A stretch of DNA of 64,000 nucleotides from an uncultured bacterium (GTDB lineage Bacteria; Acidobacteriota; HRBIN11; JAKEFK01): assembly GCA_963777505.1 (NCBI GenBank), contig CAVZQN010000004.1:768001-832000 (forward strand), read 5' to 3'. Positions 39,554 to 50,336 of this stretch are shown piece after piece. A program made the position numbers and the translations under genes. How positions within the stretch are numbered: the stretch's first letter is position 1; each line of letters begins with the position of its first letter. The notes beneath the pieces are model-generated. The model was not told where the DNA came from. It did not search any database and saw nothing but the letters and a program-made list of their open reading frames with translations.

Positions 39554-41992
39554 CTACTTCACAACGATGTTTAAAAGCTTATCGGGCACGAAAATCATTT
39601 TTACAATATTCTTGCCTTCCAAATGCTTTCTGATTTTTTCTTCCTGAGAGGCAGCTTCAAAAACTCGATCCTGATCCGAACCATGTGCGATATGAATTGC
39701 GCCTCGCATTTTTCCATTCACTTGAACGACCACAGTTGCCTCTTCTGTTTTTGCGAGTTCAGCATCAAAGGCAGGCCATGACTGATTCGCAAGTAAATCA
39801 TGATGGCCAGTAGCGGCCCATAATTCTTCGGTTATGTGCGGTGCAAATGGATTCAACAAATGGATGATCGTCTGCAAAGCTTCGTTCAAAACACCTCGTG
39901 ACCCTTGCTCATTCAAATGATTGAGACTGAAATCTGTGGCTTCATTCACAAGCTCCATAATTGCGCTAATCGCGGTGTTTTGATGCATTCGTTCATCGAC
40001 ATCCTGCGTAACCTTTCGAATTGTTTGGTGAGTCTTCCGGCGAAGGCCGCGCTGCTCGCTAGTAAGTGATTCAGGGATCGGCTCCTTTGCACTTGAATTT
40101 GTTTCAATCAGTTTCCAAACACGATGCAAGAAACGATTGCATCCTTCGACTCCCTGATCGTTCCATTCCAATTCTTTTTCAGGAGGCGCAGCAAACAATG
40201 AAAACAAACGAACAGTATCCGCACCGTACTTTGCAATTAGTTCATCCGGATCAACGACGTTTCCTTTGTTTTTGGACATTTTTGCGCCGTCTTTGATGAC
40301 CATACCCTGAGTGAACATACGATTAATTGGCTCATCAAAATTGCACATTCCCATGTCGTAAAAAATTTTGGTGAAAAAGCGGCAGTAAATCAGATGAAGA
40401 ATTGCATGTTCAACGCCGCCGATGTAAAGATCGATCGGCATCCAGTAATTCACCTCATCCGAATTGAACATTGCATTTTGTTCATGTGGTGAACAGTAAC
40501 GGAAAAAGTACCAGCTTGAATCAACAAACGTATCCATCGTGTCAGTATCTCGTTTTGCAGGAACTTTGCATTTCGGACACGTAACGTTAACGAATTCAGG
40601 CAAATGACCTAGCGGCGAGCCTTTCTCACCCGTAATTGGAATATGCAAAGGAAGTACAACCGGCAGTTGATCTTCCGGAACAGGAACGATTCCGCAATTA
40701 GGACAATGAATCATTGGGATAGGCGTTCCCCAATATCGCTGCCGTGAGATGCCCCAATCTTTGATCTTGAATGTTGTTGCGCCTTCACCGAATTTTTCGC
40801 GTTGTGCATGTACGGTCATCTGTTTTTGAGCTTCTTCACTTGAAAGGCCGTTGTATATACCGCTTGATTCAAGTGTTCCGTATTCTTCTTGACCTGGTTC
40901 TCCGGCGGAGTTACGAATTACGATCCGTTCTGCAATTCCATATTTTTTTGCGAATTCTCCATCGCGTTCATCATGGGAAGGTACTGCCATAATTGCGCCG
41001 GTACCATAATCCATCAACACATAGTTGGCAATCCAGATCGGCACACGTTCGTGTGTGAATGGATTGATCGCATAGCGATTTGCAAAAAAACCTTTCTTTT
41101 CGAGATCTTCTCTACCGCGAAGAATTTGCTCTTCACGTAGAGCTTGTGATTGACGCCGTAACTCTGGCTCTTCATTGCCCCAGATTGAATCCAGCAGTGG
41201 ATGTTCCGGCGCGAGAACGACAAATGTGGCGCCGTAGATTGTATCAATCCGTGTTGTAAATACACGGATGTTCACATCACTGTTTTCGAGACGAAAGTCT
41301 ACATAAGCACCTAGACTTTTTCCGATCCAGTTTCGCTGCATCGTTATAACTTTTTCCGGCCATTCTGTAAGACGATCCAATCCTTCAAGAAGGCGATCTG
41401 CATATTCAGTGATTTTGAAATACCATTGCTCCAATTGTTCAATGCTGACAAGACTGTCACAACGCCAACAATGACCATTGATTACCTGTTCATTTGCAAG
41501 CACTGTTTGACAACTCGGGCACCAGTTCACAGTTCCTTTCTTGCGATATGCAAGACCTTTCTTAAAGAGTTGAATAAAGAACCATTGATTCCAGCGGTAA
41601 TATTCCGGTTCGCATGTCGCGACTTCACGGCTCCAGTCATAACTGATACCGAGTCGATTCATCTGTTGGCGCATCGCTTTGATGTTTTGCCATGTCCATT
41701 CATATGGATCGGCACCATGCTTCATTGCAGCATTTTCTGCAGGCAAACCAAGGGCATCCCAGCCGATTGGATGCATCGCATTCATTCCACGCCGCCGTTT
41801 AAACCGCGACATCACATCACCGATCGCATAATTGCGGGTATGTCCCATGTGCAATTTGCCTGATGGATATGGGAGCATTTCAAGTCCGTAAAACGGTTCT
41901 TTTTCTACGGACATGTGCGTTTCAAATGAGCGCTCTTCTGCCCACCTTTGCTGCCATTTTTGTTCAATTTTTGTAAAGTCGTAGCCGTTCAT
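39554..41992 (-). CDS. leuS: leucyl-tRNA synthetase
   Basis: PYPSGKLHMGH, DWGISRQRYWGTPIP, YIGGVEHA, KMSKN. Confidence 0.98.
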   Translation of the reverse strand: MNGYDFTKIEQKWQQRWAEERSFETHMSVEKEPFYGLEMLPYPSGKLHMGHTRNYAIGDVMSRFKRRRGMNAMHPIGWDALGLPAENAAMKHGADPYEWTWQNIKAMRQQMNRLGISYDWSREVATCEPEYYRWNQWFFIQLFKKGLAYRKKGTVNWCPSCQTVLANEQVINGHCWRCDSLVSIEQLEQWYFKITEYADRLLEGLDRLTEWPEKVITMQRNWIGKSLGAYVDFRLENSDVNIRVFTTRIDTIYGATFVVLAPEHPLLDSIWGNEEPELRRQSQALREEQILRGREDLEKKGFFANRYAINPFTHERVPIWIANYVLMDYGTGAIMAVPSHDERDGEFAKKYGIAERIVIRNSAGEPGQEEYGTLESSGIYNGLSSEEAQKQMTVHAQREKFGEGATTFKIKDWGISRQRYWGTPIPMIHCPNCGIVPVPEDQLPVVLPLHIPITGEKGSPLGHLPEFVNVTCPKCKVPAKRDTDTMDTFVDSSWYFFRYCSPHEQNAMFNSDEVNYWMPIDLYIGGVEHAILHLIYCRFFTKIFYDMGMCNFDEPINRMFTQGMVIKDGAKMSKNKGNVVDPDELIAKYGADTVRLFSLFAAPPEKELEWNDQGVEGCNRFLHRVWKLIETNSSAKEPIPESLTSEQRGLRRKTHQTIRKVTQDVDERMHQNTAISAIMELVNEATDFSLNHLNEQGSRGVLNEALQTIIHLLNPFAPHITEELWAATGHHDLLANQSWPAFDAELAKTEEATVVVQVNGKMRGAIHIAHGSDQDRVFEAASQEEKIRKHLEGKNIVKMIFVPDKLLNIVVK

Positions 41993-42106
41993 AAAAATTG
42001 TGCAGTTAATTGTAAATCAGTAACGGCTTGAAGGCCATTAACCGCAAAGACACGAAGTTGTGGGAAGGCCGAGTTTCGCACCCCACTGCGAAGCTCGACC
42101 TCTTAA

Positions 42107-42490
42107 CTACTTTGAATGGTTGGTAAGGACCTCGTTAATCGTCTTTAGTAAGTGAGACGATTGGATCGGTTTAACAACATAGGCGTTAGCTCCAAGGGCA
42201 AGGCCTCGATGTCGATCCTCTTCAGACCCCTCTGTGGTAATTATTATTACCGGCAAGTGATTAATCTTGGGATCTTGACGAACAAGACTCACAAGCTTCA
42301 AACCATCCATTACCGGCATATTTATGTCTACAAGAATGATGTCAACTTTGGTTGATTGTAACTTCTTTAAAGCATCCACTCCATCGACTGCTTCGACAAT
42401 ATTACATCCTTTATATCGCTTCAAAGCAAAAGAAATCAATTGCCTCATCGTGGGCGAATCATCAACAACAAGAAATGTAATCGGATCCAT
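42107..42490 (-). CDS. single-domain response regulator (CheY-like)
   Basis: VVDDS, DINMPVMDG, TTE, YVVKP. Confidence 0.93.
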   Translation of the reverse strand: MDPITFLVVDDSPTMRQLISFALKRYKGCNIVEAVDGVDALKKLQSTKVDIILVDINMPVMDGLKLVSLVRQDPKINHLPVIIITTEGSEEDRHRGLALGANAYVVKPIQSSHLLKTINEVLTNHSK

Positions 42491-42493
42491 GTA

Positions 42494-43315
42494 TTAGTTT
42501 GTTAAAAGATCCAGGAAACCCTGAATCGTTGTCAGTTTGCGTTCAGATTGTGAATAGAGTTTTGCGCTAAAAATAGCCGTAGCTGCATGGCCTGCAAGCA
42601 AAGTGAACAGTTCATAATCTACGGCCGTAAAACCTTCCTTCTGAACAAACAGTCTGTAAATTGAAATCACACCGATTACATGTTCCTTAATTTTTAATGG
42701 GATACATGCCAGCGGGTGAAAGAAATCTACACTGTTCAAAGATTCAGGTTCATGATCGATGTAATACGCTTCACCCGATTTGGCAACTATGCCGATGATT
42801 CCAGCGCCCAGTTGAATCCGTTCATTTTTATACTCATCAAGACCTTCATTGGCTGCAATTTTCAAATCATTTGATTTTTCGTCAAGCAACATGATGCAGA
42901 AAGTCTCGGCGCCGATCAGATTAATAACGATTTCCATTACGATGCGTATTACTTCATTAAAATCAAGTGTGGAATGGAGTTGATAACTTGAGACGTAAAG
43001 ATTTGCTAGATTGTTATTCTGCTCTTCGATTTCTAAATAACGGTTTGCAAAATCTTTATTTTCATCTTCCGCTTGTTGAAACTTGAGCTCCAGCAGCTTT
43101 TTTTGTTCTTCAAGCTCCTGGAGTTTTTCTTCGAATTGTTTCAACTTCCGTTGATAAAGAACGGGAAGAGGCACATCAGCACCTTGTTCATAAGAAGCTA
43201 CTTTGAATCGAAGGCGCTCATTTTCCCGCAGAAGTTCCTCGGTGAACTCCCGGGTTTTTTGAAGCATCTGAAGAAAGTCGTCGCTTTTGCCGAAAAGATC
43301 CTTTTTCTCTTCCAT
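42494..43315 (-). CDS. coiled-coil plus GAF domain protein
   Basis: N-terminal coiled coil, NLANLYVSSYQLHSTLDF, GAF core; the longer ORF extension runs through a REP. Confidence 0.85.
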   Translation of the reverse strand: MEEKKDLFGKSDDFLQMLQKTREFTEELLRENERLRFKVASYEQGADVPLPVLYQRKLKQFEEKLQELEEQKKLLELKFQQAEDENKDFANRYLEIEEQNNNLANLYVSSYQLHSTLDFNEVIRIVMEIVINLIGAETFCIMLLDEKSNDLKIAANEGLDEYKNERIQLGAGIIGIVAKSGEAYYIDHEPESLNSVDFFHPLACIPLKIKEHVIGVISIYRLFVQKEGFTAVDYELFTLLAGHAATAIFSAKLYSQSERKLTTIQGFLDLLTN

Positions 43316-43395
43316 CCCCCTGAAAACCTCGTGGTATAAAAAGGTAGTTAATGTTACAGCATCTATTGAGGAAAGGTCAACGTAATTCAGGCCCG

Positions 43396-43467
43396 GTAGG
43401 GGCGGGTCTAAGACCCGCCCGGCAAGAATCGGGTATAAACACGGGCGGGTCTTAGACTCTTCCCTAC
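43396..43467. repeat. GTAG-type REP doublet
   Basis: First unit identical to that at 20222; ends CCCTAC. Confidence 0.85.
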
Positions 43468-43485
43468 ATGATAAGATCGTGATCC

Positions 43486-43800
43486 ATGGATCAAACAGCC
43501 GCTTCTTTTCAAGTTTTAACGGCAATGATAACGCCCGCAGTGTTGATATCAGCCTGTGGAACCTTGATTTTCTCGACGAGCACACGATTGGGACGTGTCG
43601 TCGACCGGGTCCGTCACTTAGCAGAGAAGGTTCAATCAAGCAGCGCGGAAGTGGACGCAAATCGACAGGCGCTTATGCTCGAGCAATTATCCAGTGTGGC
43701 GCGCCGGGTGGTTTTGCTCCGTTCCGCAATGACCTGTTTCTACATCGCCACCGGTCTGTTTGTTGCAACCAGGGGGGCAATTGTGGTGCATATGATTTAG
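43486..43800 (+). pseudogene. DUF2721 membrane protein, C-terminally truncated
   Basis: AMITPAVLISACGTLIFSTSTRLGRVVDRVR motif; ORF stops at a palindromic element before the last TM helix. Confidence 0.65.
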
Positions 43801-43916
43801 CCCGCCGAAGGCGGGCGTAAGAGTCTTCATAGTAACCGGTAATCGGTCTTGTCGCCCGCTTGAAGCGGGCTGGTTCTTTTCAGACTCCTTTACCCCCCGG
43901 CTTACGCCGGGGGCTA
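43799..43916. repeat. REP-like multi-hairpin element
   Basis: AGCCCGCCGAAGGCGGGCG ... CGCCCGCTTGAAGCGGGCT ... CCCCCGGCTTACGCCGGGGG. Confidence 0.7.
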
Positions 43917-43981
43917 GCGGTTTTCAAGGCAAAAATAATGCTTCGTGTTGCTTCGAACCGTCCGTGGACTTCGTGGTGTCG

Positions 43982-45217
43982 TTATTCTTTCAGGAAAGAA
44001 GTGAATTCATCAAGATGGAGTGAATGCGTTCTGGCTTCTGCTTCTGTGATTAGATCAGAACGGACTAACTGAGCTAATGAATTTTCCAGCGTAGTCATTC
44101 CGATTCTTTTTCCAATTGTCATTTCGGTGTGAAGTTGATGAAGATTTCCTTTACGAATGTGATGTCTCACGGCATCATTTGCGATTAAGATTTCGCAAGC
44201 AACAGCACGGCCTTTTCCATTTTTTTTCGGAATCAGCTGCTGATAAATGATTGCAGAAAGGGCCAGCGAAAGTTGTTGCCTGATTTGCGGCTGCTGATCG
44301 GAAGGAAAAACATCAACGATACGATGCACTGTTTGAGCGGCATCGTTCGTATGAACTGTGGTTAAAACGAGATGTCCTGTTTCAGCAGCAGTGAGGACTG
44401 TTGCGATGGTTTCCAAATCGCGCATTTCTCCCACAAGGATTACATCAGGATCCTGCCGTAATGCAGCGCGAAGGGCTTCGGCAAAGCCTAATGCATCCGT
44501 TCCTACTTCGATTTGTTCAACAACAGATTCACGATGGATGTGTTCGTATTCAACTGGATCTTCGATTGTCACGATATGCCGTTTCTCACGCCTGTTAATT
44601 GCATTCACAAGCGCCGCAAGAGTCGTTGATTTCCCACAACCACTTGGACCTGTGACAAGAATTAGCCCCCGAAATGAACGTGTTAATTCTTCGAGTGAAT
44701 CCGGAAGTCCTAATTCAGTGATGGATGGAATATTTCGCGGCAAGAGCCTTAATGCAGCGGCTGAACCTTTCCGCGTGCGATGCAGATTAATTCTGAAACG
44801 TCCCAACGGAGGAAGTCCAATCGATAAATCAACTGAGCCACCTTCTAAAAAACGGCGTCTTCGTTCGGGTGAAAGTGAAGGAAGCAGAAAATAGGCTGCA
44901 TCATCAGGTCCAAGTTCTTCGGCTCCAAGTGGAACAAGAGCGCCATGCAAACGGATGGTTGGAGGGGCACCTGGTACAAGAAGAAGATCTGTTGCATCAC
45001 GTTTCACAACTTCGGCAAGGTACAACTTAAGGCGTGATGCTCCTTCTTCTGAATCAATCAAGTCTGATGAAGGCTCGAGCGATACTTCAATTCCGCTGTC
45101 TTCCGGACGCATCAGCTCAAAGGAAAGACCTTCCGATGAACGTTCAGTATTATCCGTGCGTGATTCACTGTCGGCATTCAGCTCACGGATAAAGCGATTC
45201 AGATCGTCGGTATCCAT
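43982..45217 (-). CDS. pilT: PilT/PilU family type IV pilus ATPase
   Basis: GPSGCGKSTT, TIEDPVE, ALRQDPDVILVGEMRD, AAETGHLV..TVHT, AVRHHIR. Confidence 0.9.
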   Translation of the reverse strand: MDTDDLNRFIRELNADSESRTDNTERSSEGLSFELMRPEDSGIEVSLEPSSDLIDSEEGASRLKLYLAEVVKRDATDLLLVPGAPPTIRLHGALVPLGAEELGPDDAAYFLLPSLSPERRRRFLEGGSVDLSIGLPPLGRFRINLHRTRKGSAAALRLLPRNIPSITELGLPDSLEELTRSFRGLILVTGPSGCGKSTTLAALVNAINRREKRHIVTIEDPVEYEHIHRESVVEQIEVGTDALGFAEALRAALRQDPDVILVGEMRDLETIATVLTAAETGHLVLTTVHTNDAAQTVHRIVDVFPSDQQPQIRQQLSLALSAIIYQQLIPKKNGKGRAVACEILIANDAVRHHIRKGNLHQLHTEMTIGKRIGMTTLENSLAQLVRSDLITEAEARTHSLHLDEFTSFLKE

Positions 45218-45290
45218 ACGCTAAATCATAGCCGAACGGGAGAGGTGAGGCAAAGGTTATCGGTGGAGTAGTACTACGAGTATAGTACTA

Positions 45291-46808
45291 CTATTTTTGA
45301 ATAACGTCGAGGGTTTCGGAAGTCCCGAGCAGCGCAGAACTAACAGTCACCTGGGTAGGCATCGGAGCTACGGGCCTCATGTTGAATACGAATTTTTTCT
45401 TTAGAGGTTTGTAGATCATCGTTCCTAAGCCTTGCACAGTTAAAACATCATTAGGACCAGCACTGCTGGTTGCCGTAATGGTTAACTTTTGTTTTTGAGC
45501 TCTGTAAATTGCTTTCTTGATTTCAAGATTGCCAGCACCATCGAAACCTTCGAGAGCACTCAACATATCGATTCTTCCTTCACCCAAATCGATATCTGGA
45601 TTTTCATCTTCGATGTCGTCGGCCGTATTTTCGATTAAGTCTTCCAGTTCATCGTTGCTGCTCTGGGTGGGTTCTACTGCTTTGATTAATGCAGCAAGCC
45701 CGGTCACAAATGGAGCAGCCATTGAGGTGCCTGCCCATGTGGCATATTGTCCATTTATAAAAGTGCTGTAAATGCCGACTCCGGAATTGTTGTTCGCAAT
45801 TCCAGGAGCAGCAAAATCAACATCGTGGTGATTTGTGAAGTCAGCAGCGATATCGTTTTTGTCCACTGCAGCAACAGAAAAGACATCCCCTTCACTTGCG
45901 GGATAATGAACTTCTTCTAATCCATCGTTTCCTGCCGAAGCAATCACAGGAATTGGAAGCTCTTCATCATCAATGACTTCTTTGATTACATCATGAATGA
46001 TTTCAACTCGATCGATATCCGGAATACCCAGACTTAAATTAATGATCTTCTTATTGCCTGGTACATTTGCAGGATCGATAAACCAGCGTATCGCTGCAGC
46101 AATATCATCGGAAAAGCCAACACCTTCTGTATCTAACACACGGATCGGAACAATTTTCGCTTCCGGTGCCACAAGCGCGATGATTCCAGCGACATGAGTT
46201 CCATGTCCGGCGCCTTCATCGATGTCTCCATCTCCGTCTTCATCAGCTCCGTTTGTCTCATCCATTGGATCGCTGTCGAGGTCTACAAAATCATGCCCAA
46301 TTACTTCATTGCCTGAGCCGCGCAAAACATGATCAGTTAAATCAGGATGGTCATAATCCACACCTGTATCAATGACTGCTACCACTACACCTGCACCTTT
46401 GGAAATTTGTTGTGCTTGTTCAACACGCATTCTAGTGAGCACCTGCTGATCGAAATATTCGCCAGGAGTTGGATCTCCATCAATGACAGCAAGAGTCCGG
46501 CGGCTTCCTTCCGGAGTTTCACCTAAATAAGTAAGGCTGGCCCATATAAGATCAACATCTGTTTGCATTGCCTCAACTGTGGAGTCAAGGTCGTCTGGAT
46601 CTGAAACACGAACTTTATAAACACTATTTGGAATTTCTGTTTCTGTAGTTGTCGTGTTGTAACGCGCGTTTATCGTGTTGATTGATACGCCAGGTTGAAG
46701 GCGTACTAAGATTTCATCAGTATCAAAATCATCCGCAAAAAGAGATAAAGCAAACAGGAATGGGACTAAAAAAATAAAGCGTCGCAGCACAGTAACCTCA
46801 AAGCGCAT
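45291..46808 (-). CDS. secreted S8 (subtilisin-like) serine peptidase
   Basis: Signal peptide; IDTG, HGTHVAG, SAGN, GTSMAAP catalytic motifs. Confidence 0.93.
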   Translation of the reverse strand: MRFEVTVLRRFIFLVPFLFALSLFADDFDTDEILVRLQPGVSINTINARYNTTTTETEIPNSVYKVRVSDPDDLDSTVEAMQTDVDLIWASLTYLGETPEGSRRTLAVIDGDPTPGEYFDQQVLTRMRVEQAQQISKGAGVVVAVIDTGVDYDHPDLTDHVLRGSGNEVIGHDFVDLDSDPMDETNGADEDGDGDIDEGAGHGTHVAGIIALVAPEAKIVPIRVLDTEGVGFSDDIAAAIRWFIDPANVPGNKKIINLSLGIPDIDRVEIIHDVIKEVIDDEELPIPVIASAGNDGLEEVHYPASEGDVFSVAAVDKNDIAADFTNHHDVDFAAPGIANNNSGVGIYSTFINGQYATWAGTSMAAPFVTGLAALIKAVEPTQSSNDELEDLIENTADDIEDENPDIDLGEGRIDMLSALEGFDGAGNLEIKKAIYRAQKQKLTITATSSAGPNDVLTVQGLGTMIYKPLKKKFVFNMRPVAPMPTQVTVSSALLGTSETLDVIQK

Positions 46809-46974
46809 TTCGATTCATTCTGGAAATAATGTATTGGCCAACAAAGTTAAATCTTACAAAGCTGGTAGTCAAACGGAGAACCTCATACTTATATGAGCAG
46901 GATACAGCTAGAGAAAATACATCTGATACACCATCACTTTTCTCGAGAATAGTCCTATATTATTGAAGACGAAA

Positions 46975-49666
46975 ATGAGACAAAAAAGGCTGAGCCCCTG
47001 GAGAAGTCGATCAGCGTGTTCGCCAGATTTATAAGGAAGTCATTCGAGATCCACGAAAAGCGCTGATTTTGGCGAACCAGGGACTTTCCGAATCGCGAGC
47101 GGAGCGCCTGGCTGTTGGAGTTGCAAAGATGACTTTGGCGCGCGCACATTGTTTTCGCGAAATTGGTAATTTCAGCAAATCACTTCGTGACTACACTCAC
47201 GCGGCTAAATTGTTCCGGCGCCAAAATATGATTGATGAGTCCTGGCGCACATCCATCGGGAAAATGGATGCCCTGGATCAAATGGGACGTTACAAAGAAG
47301 CTCTTTCACTTGCGAAACGTACAGCAGACTATTTTAAAAGCGCCGGCCGTCCTTATTGGGAAGCAAAAATTCTTGCGAATACAGGAAATATTTATCAACA
47401 CCTTGACCGCTATGACCGCGCTCTTCACTTCTACAAGAAGGCGTATCCAGTACTTTCGCGCGAGCAGCCCGGTGATGGATTTATTTTGTTGTTTAATCAA
47501 GCGACCACTTATCTGTGCGCCGGTCATCCACAGGAAGCAATCAATTTATTGAAGGAATGTCTTCAGTATTTTCAGCAACAAAATCTCACATCATTTCTTG
47601 CGCGAACTCATTACAATCTCTCCTATGGTTTTTATCTTCAAGGGAAATATCAGGACGCTCTCTTTCATTTAACAGAAGCGCGGAATCGTCTCATTCGCTT
47701 GAAAGACTGGAGTTTTCTCGGCTCTTGTTATCTTGATGAAGCAGAAATTTATTTGCGGCTGAATCAAGTGGATGAAGCGATTGCAAGCGCTCGAAAAGCG
47801 CGAAAGTTTTTTCTGAAACTCAAAATGCCGTATGAGCTGGCTGAAAGCAACTCATTTCTCGGTATCTCGCTGATTCGCCAGGCTGCCATAAAAGCCGCGT
47901 TCCCTTTTTTGAATGAGGCTCGTCAATTTTTTTCAAAACAAAAAAATGCAATCAAAACCGCTGAAATGGACTCGCATCTCGCATTGGCTTTTTTGAAACA
48001 AAACAATCTGAGTGAAGCCAGGACTCATTTAATCAAGGCTTTTCGAACGTTTTCTAAGGCGAGAATCCATTCCAGGATGCTATCCATAAATACGTATCTC
48101 GCTCAAATTGAGATTTCACAGGGCAACATCCATAAGGCTTTAGCGCTTTTGAAGAAAAGTACAAGATGGATTTCTGAAATCCATCTTCCATGGGTGCTGT
48201 TGCCGTTTTATTTAACTTTGGGACAGGCTCAGTTGAAAGCTGGGATTGCAGGGGGCAGAAAATCACTGGATCGCGCCATCCGATTGATTGAATCGATGCG
48301 TTCTGAAATTCCAGCTGAAGATCTTCGCATTTCATACTTTCAAGACAAACTGCTTCCGTATCATTTGTTAATTGAACAGGATTTGAAAAGCAGTGAACCA
48401 AAAAGAATTGAACGCAGTTTTGAATATGCTGAACGAGCTCGCTCGCGGGTATTGCAAGATTTGCTGGAAGGCGCATTACATTTTGAAAATTTGGAAACTG
48501 ATTCAGCAAAATTAGCGGCAGAAGTGAATGCAATGCGTAGCGAAAGTTGGCGGCGAACGCTTGCTGTCAGCGCAGAACCAGACAAGGCGAAAGACCACAG
48601 AGCCGAAAAACGACTCATTCAAATCTTGCGCCGTGCGCAACGCATGCGCAAAGACTATGCAGCGTGGTCTCCAAAGATCAAAGATATTCAGAAGTTGCTG
48701 CTCCCGCGCCAAACGCTGTTAAGTTATTACAGGATTGGAGAAGCAATTCATGCATTCGTTCTCAATTCAAAAGGGGTTCGTGTTTATCCTGAGATTGCAA
48801 AGAACAGCGAACTCATTTCATCCTGGCATTTTTTCCGTTTTCAGCTTGAATTAGGCAGAACAGATCCTGGAAATTCTTTAAAGGCCTGTGATACTCATCT
48901 TGCGGGGCTTTACTCAAAACTTGTTGAGCCTTTAATGGATCAAATCGAGACCTCTGACATTCTTACAATTGTCCCGCATGGATGGCTTCATTCATTTCCA
49001 TTTCATACGTTGAAAGATGAACACGGCTATCTCGTAGATCGTTTCATGATTTCGTATGCGCCAAGCATTTCTGTTTATTCACATTGCCTGCAACGGAAAA
49101 CCTCCGCGAAGGATGTTCTTGTTTTTGGACATTCCGATTCGAAAGCTCCATGGATCGATCATGAAATTCGCGAAATTCATTCGATTTATCCGAAGGCTCA
49201 AATATTTTCCGGCGCTCTAGCCAGTGCAGATCAGCTTCAGGAAGAAAGCAAAAATGCGGGGATTATTCATATTGCAAGTCATGGACGGTTCCTTCAAGAT
49301 CAGCCATTTCTCTCAGGAATTCATCTTGCAGATGGATGGCTCACTCTTCCGCAAATTTATCAAATGAAACTGAATGCCAAACTTGTTACATTGAGCGGCT
49401 GTGAAACTGGAAGCAACGAAATCACAACCGGTGACGAATTGCTTGGATTAACTCGTGGTTTGCTTTATGCCGGCGCATCTTCTTTGCTTGTAAGTCTATG
49501 GCGAGTTTTTGATGCCTCAACCGCGCAGTTTATGAAGGCTTTCTATTCAGCGCTTTCTTCCGGTTCCTCAAATATTGAAGCATGGCATCATGCCGTATTG
49601 GAAACAAAGAAGGAGTGGCCGCATCCATATTACTGGGGACCCTTTGTTCTCATGGGGAAGATTTAA
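46975..49666 (+). CDS. TPR-CHAT (caspase-like) protein; probable frameshift at C4 run 46995-46998
   Basis: Long TPR array, AERARSR.L, IVPHG.LH..PF, HIASHG (His), LSGCETG (Cys), SLW.V.D, HPYYWGPF; ATG 46975 joins ORF 47069-49666 if one C is removed. Confidence 0.9.
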
Positions 49667-49675
49667 ATCGCAGAG

Positions 49676-50326
49676 TCACAGAGACGCCCAGGTTTCCGCA
49701 CGCGTTCTTAACTCATTCAGCGTATTTTCTAGCTCAATGCGTTTTTGTTCCAGTACTTCTTCCGGCAGATCTTTTTCTAAAAACATCGGTTCAGCGATAT
49801 CAAGGCGAACGCGAGAAAATGGAAGTGGAATTTGAAATTGGTCCCAGGATGAAAACTTCTTCACGCTTCTTCCTTCAGTATGAAAAGGCAAAATCGGATG
49901 CTGCGAGTAGCTCGATAGCCATGTAACTCCTTGTTGAACGAGGTAACGCGGCCCGCGTGGTCCATCTACTGCAAACCCAGCATGTGCTCCTTGTTTGAGT
50001 GTACGAATCAATCCAATCATACCTTTCACAGCACCTTTTGAAGTCGAGCCACGGCTGCTTCCATAGCCAAAACGACGGATTACGTTCGTAATATATTCGC
50101 CGTCTTTGTTTTCGCTTATAAGAACGACAATGCCTCGATTACGAAAATAATACGTAGAAGCAAGAATACGCCCGTGCCAGAATGCTAAAATAATTGGGAT
50201 TTTTTCCGTTTCGAGTTTTCTGAGATTTTCCAGGCCATGAATTTCCCAGCGCCACGTACGCCCTATGGCATGGAGTAAAATCCAGCCAAGTATTCCAACG
50301 GTGGTTAACACAAAACGGTTCCACAC
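49676..50326 (-). CDS. DUF374 / lysophospholipid acyltransferase family protein
   Basis: AFWHGR, S..KDGE, RGSTSKG, VDGPRGP, SWD.F.IPLPFS. Confidence 0.9.
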   Translation of the reverse strand: MWNRFVLTTVGILGWILLHAIGRTWRWEIHGLENLRKLETEKIPIILAFWHGRILASTYYFRNRGIVVLISENKDGEYITNVIRRFGYGSSRGSTSKGAVKGMIGLIRTLKQGAHAGFAVDGPRGPRYLVQQGVTWLSSYSQHPILPFHTEGRSVKKFSSWDQFQIPLPFSRVRLDIAEPMFLEKDLPEEVLEQKRIELENTLNELRTRAETWASL

Positions 50327-50336
50327 TTTTGATTTC

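Noticed and set aside
43316-43660. N-terminal extension of the GAF ORF (also 20210-20302 of moeA and 23414-23515 of the kinase)
   Set aside because: These extensions run through REP elements or overlap other genes; better starts lie downstream
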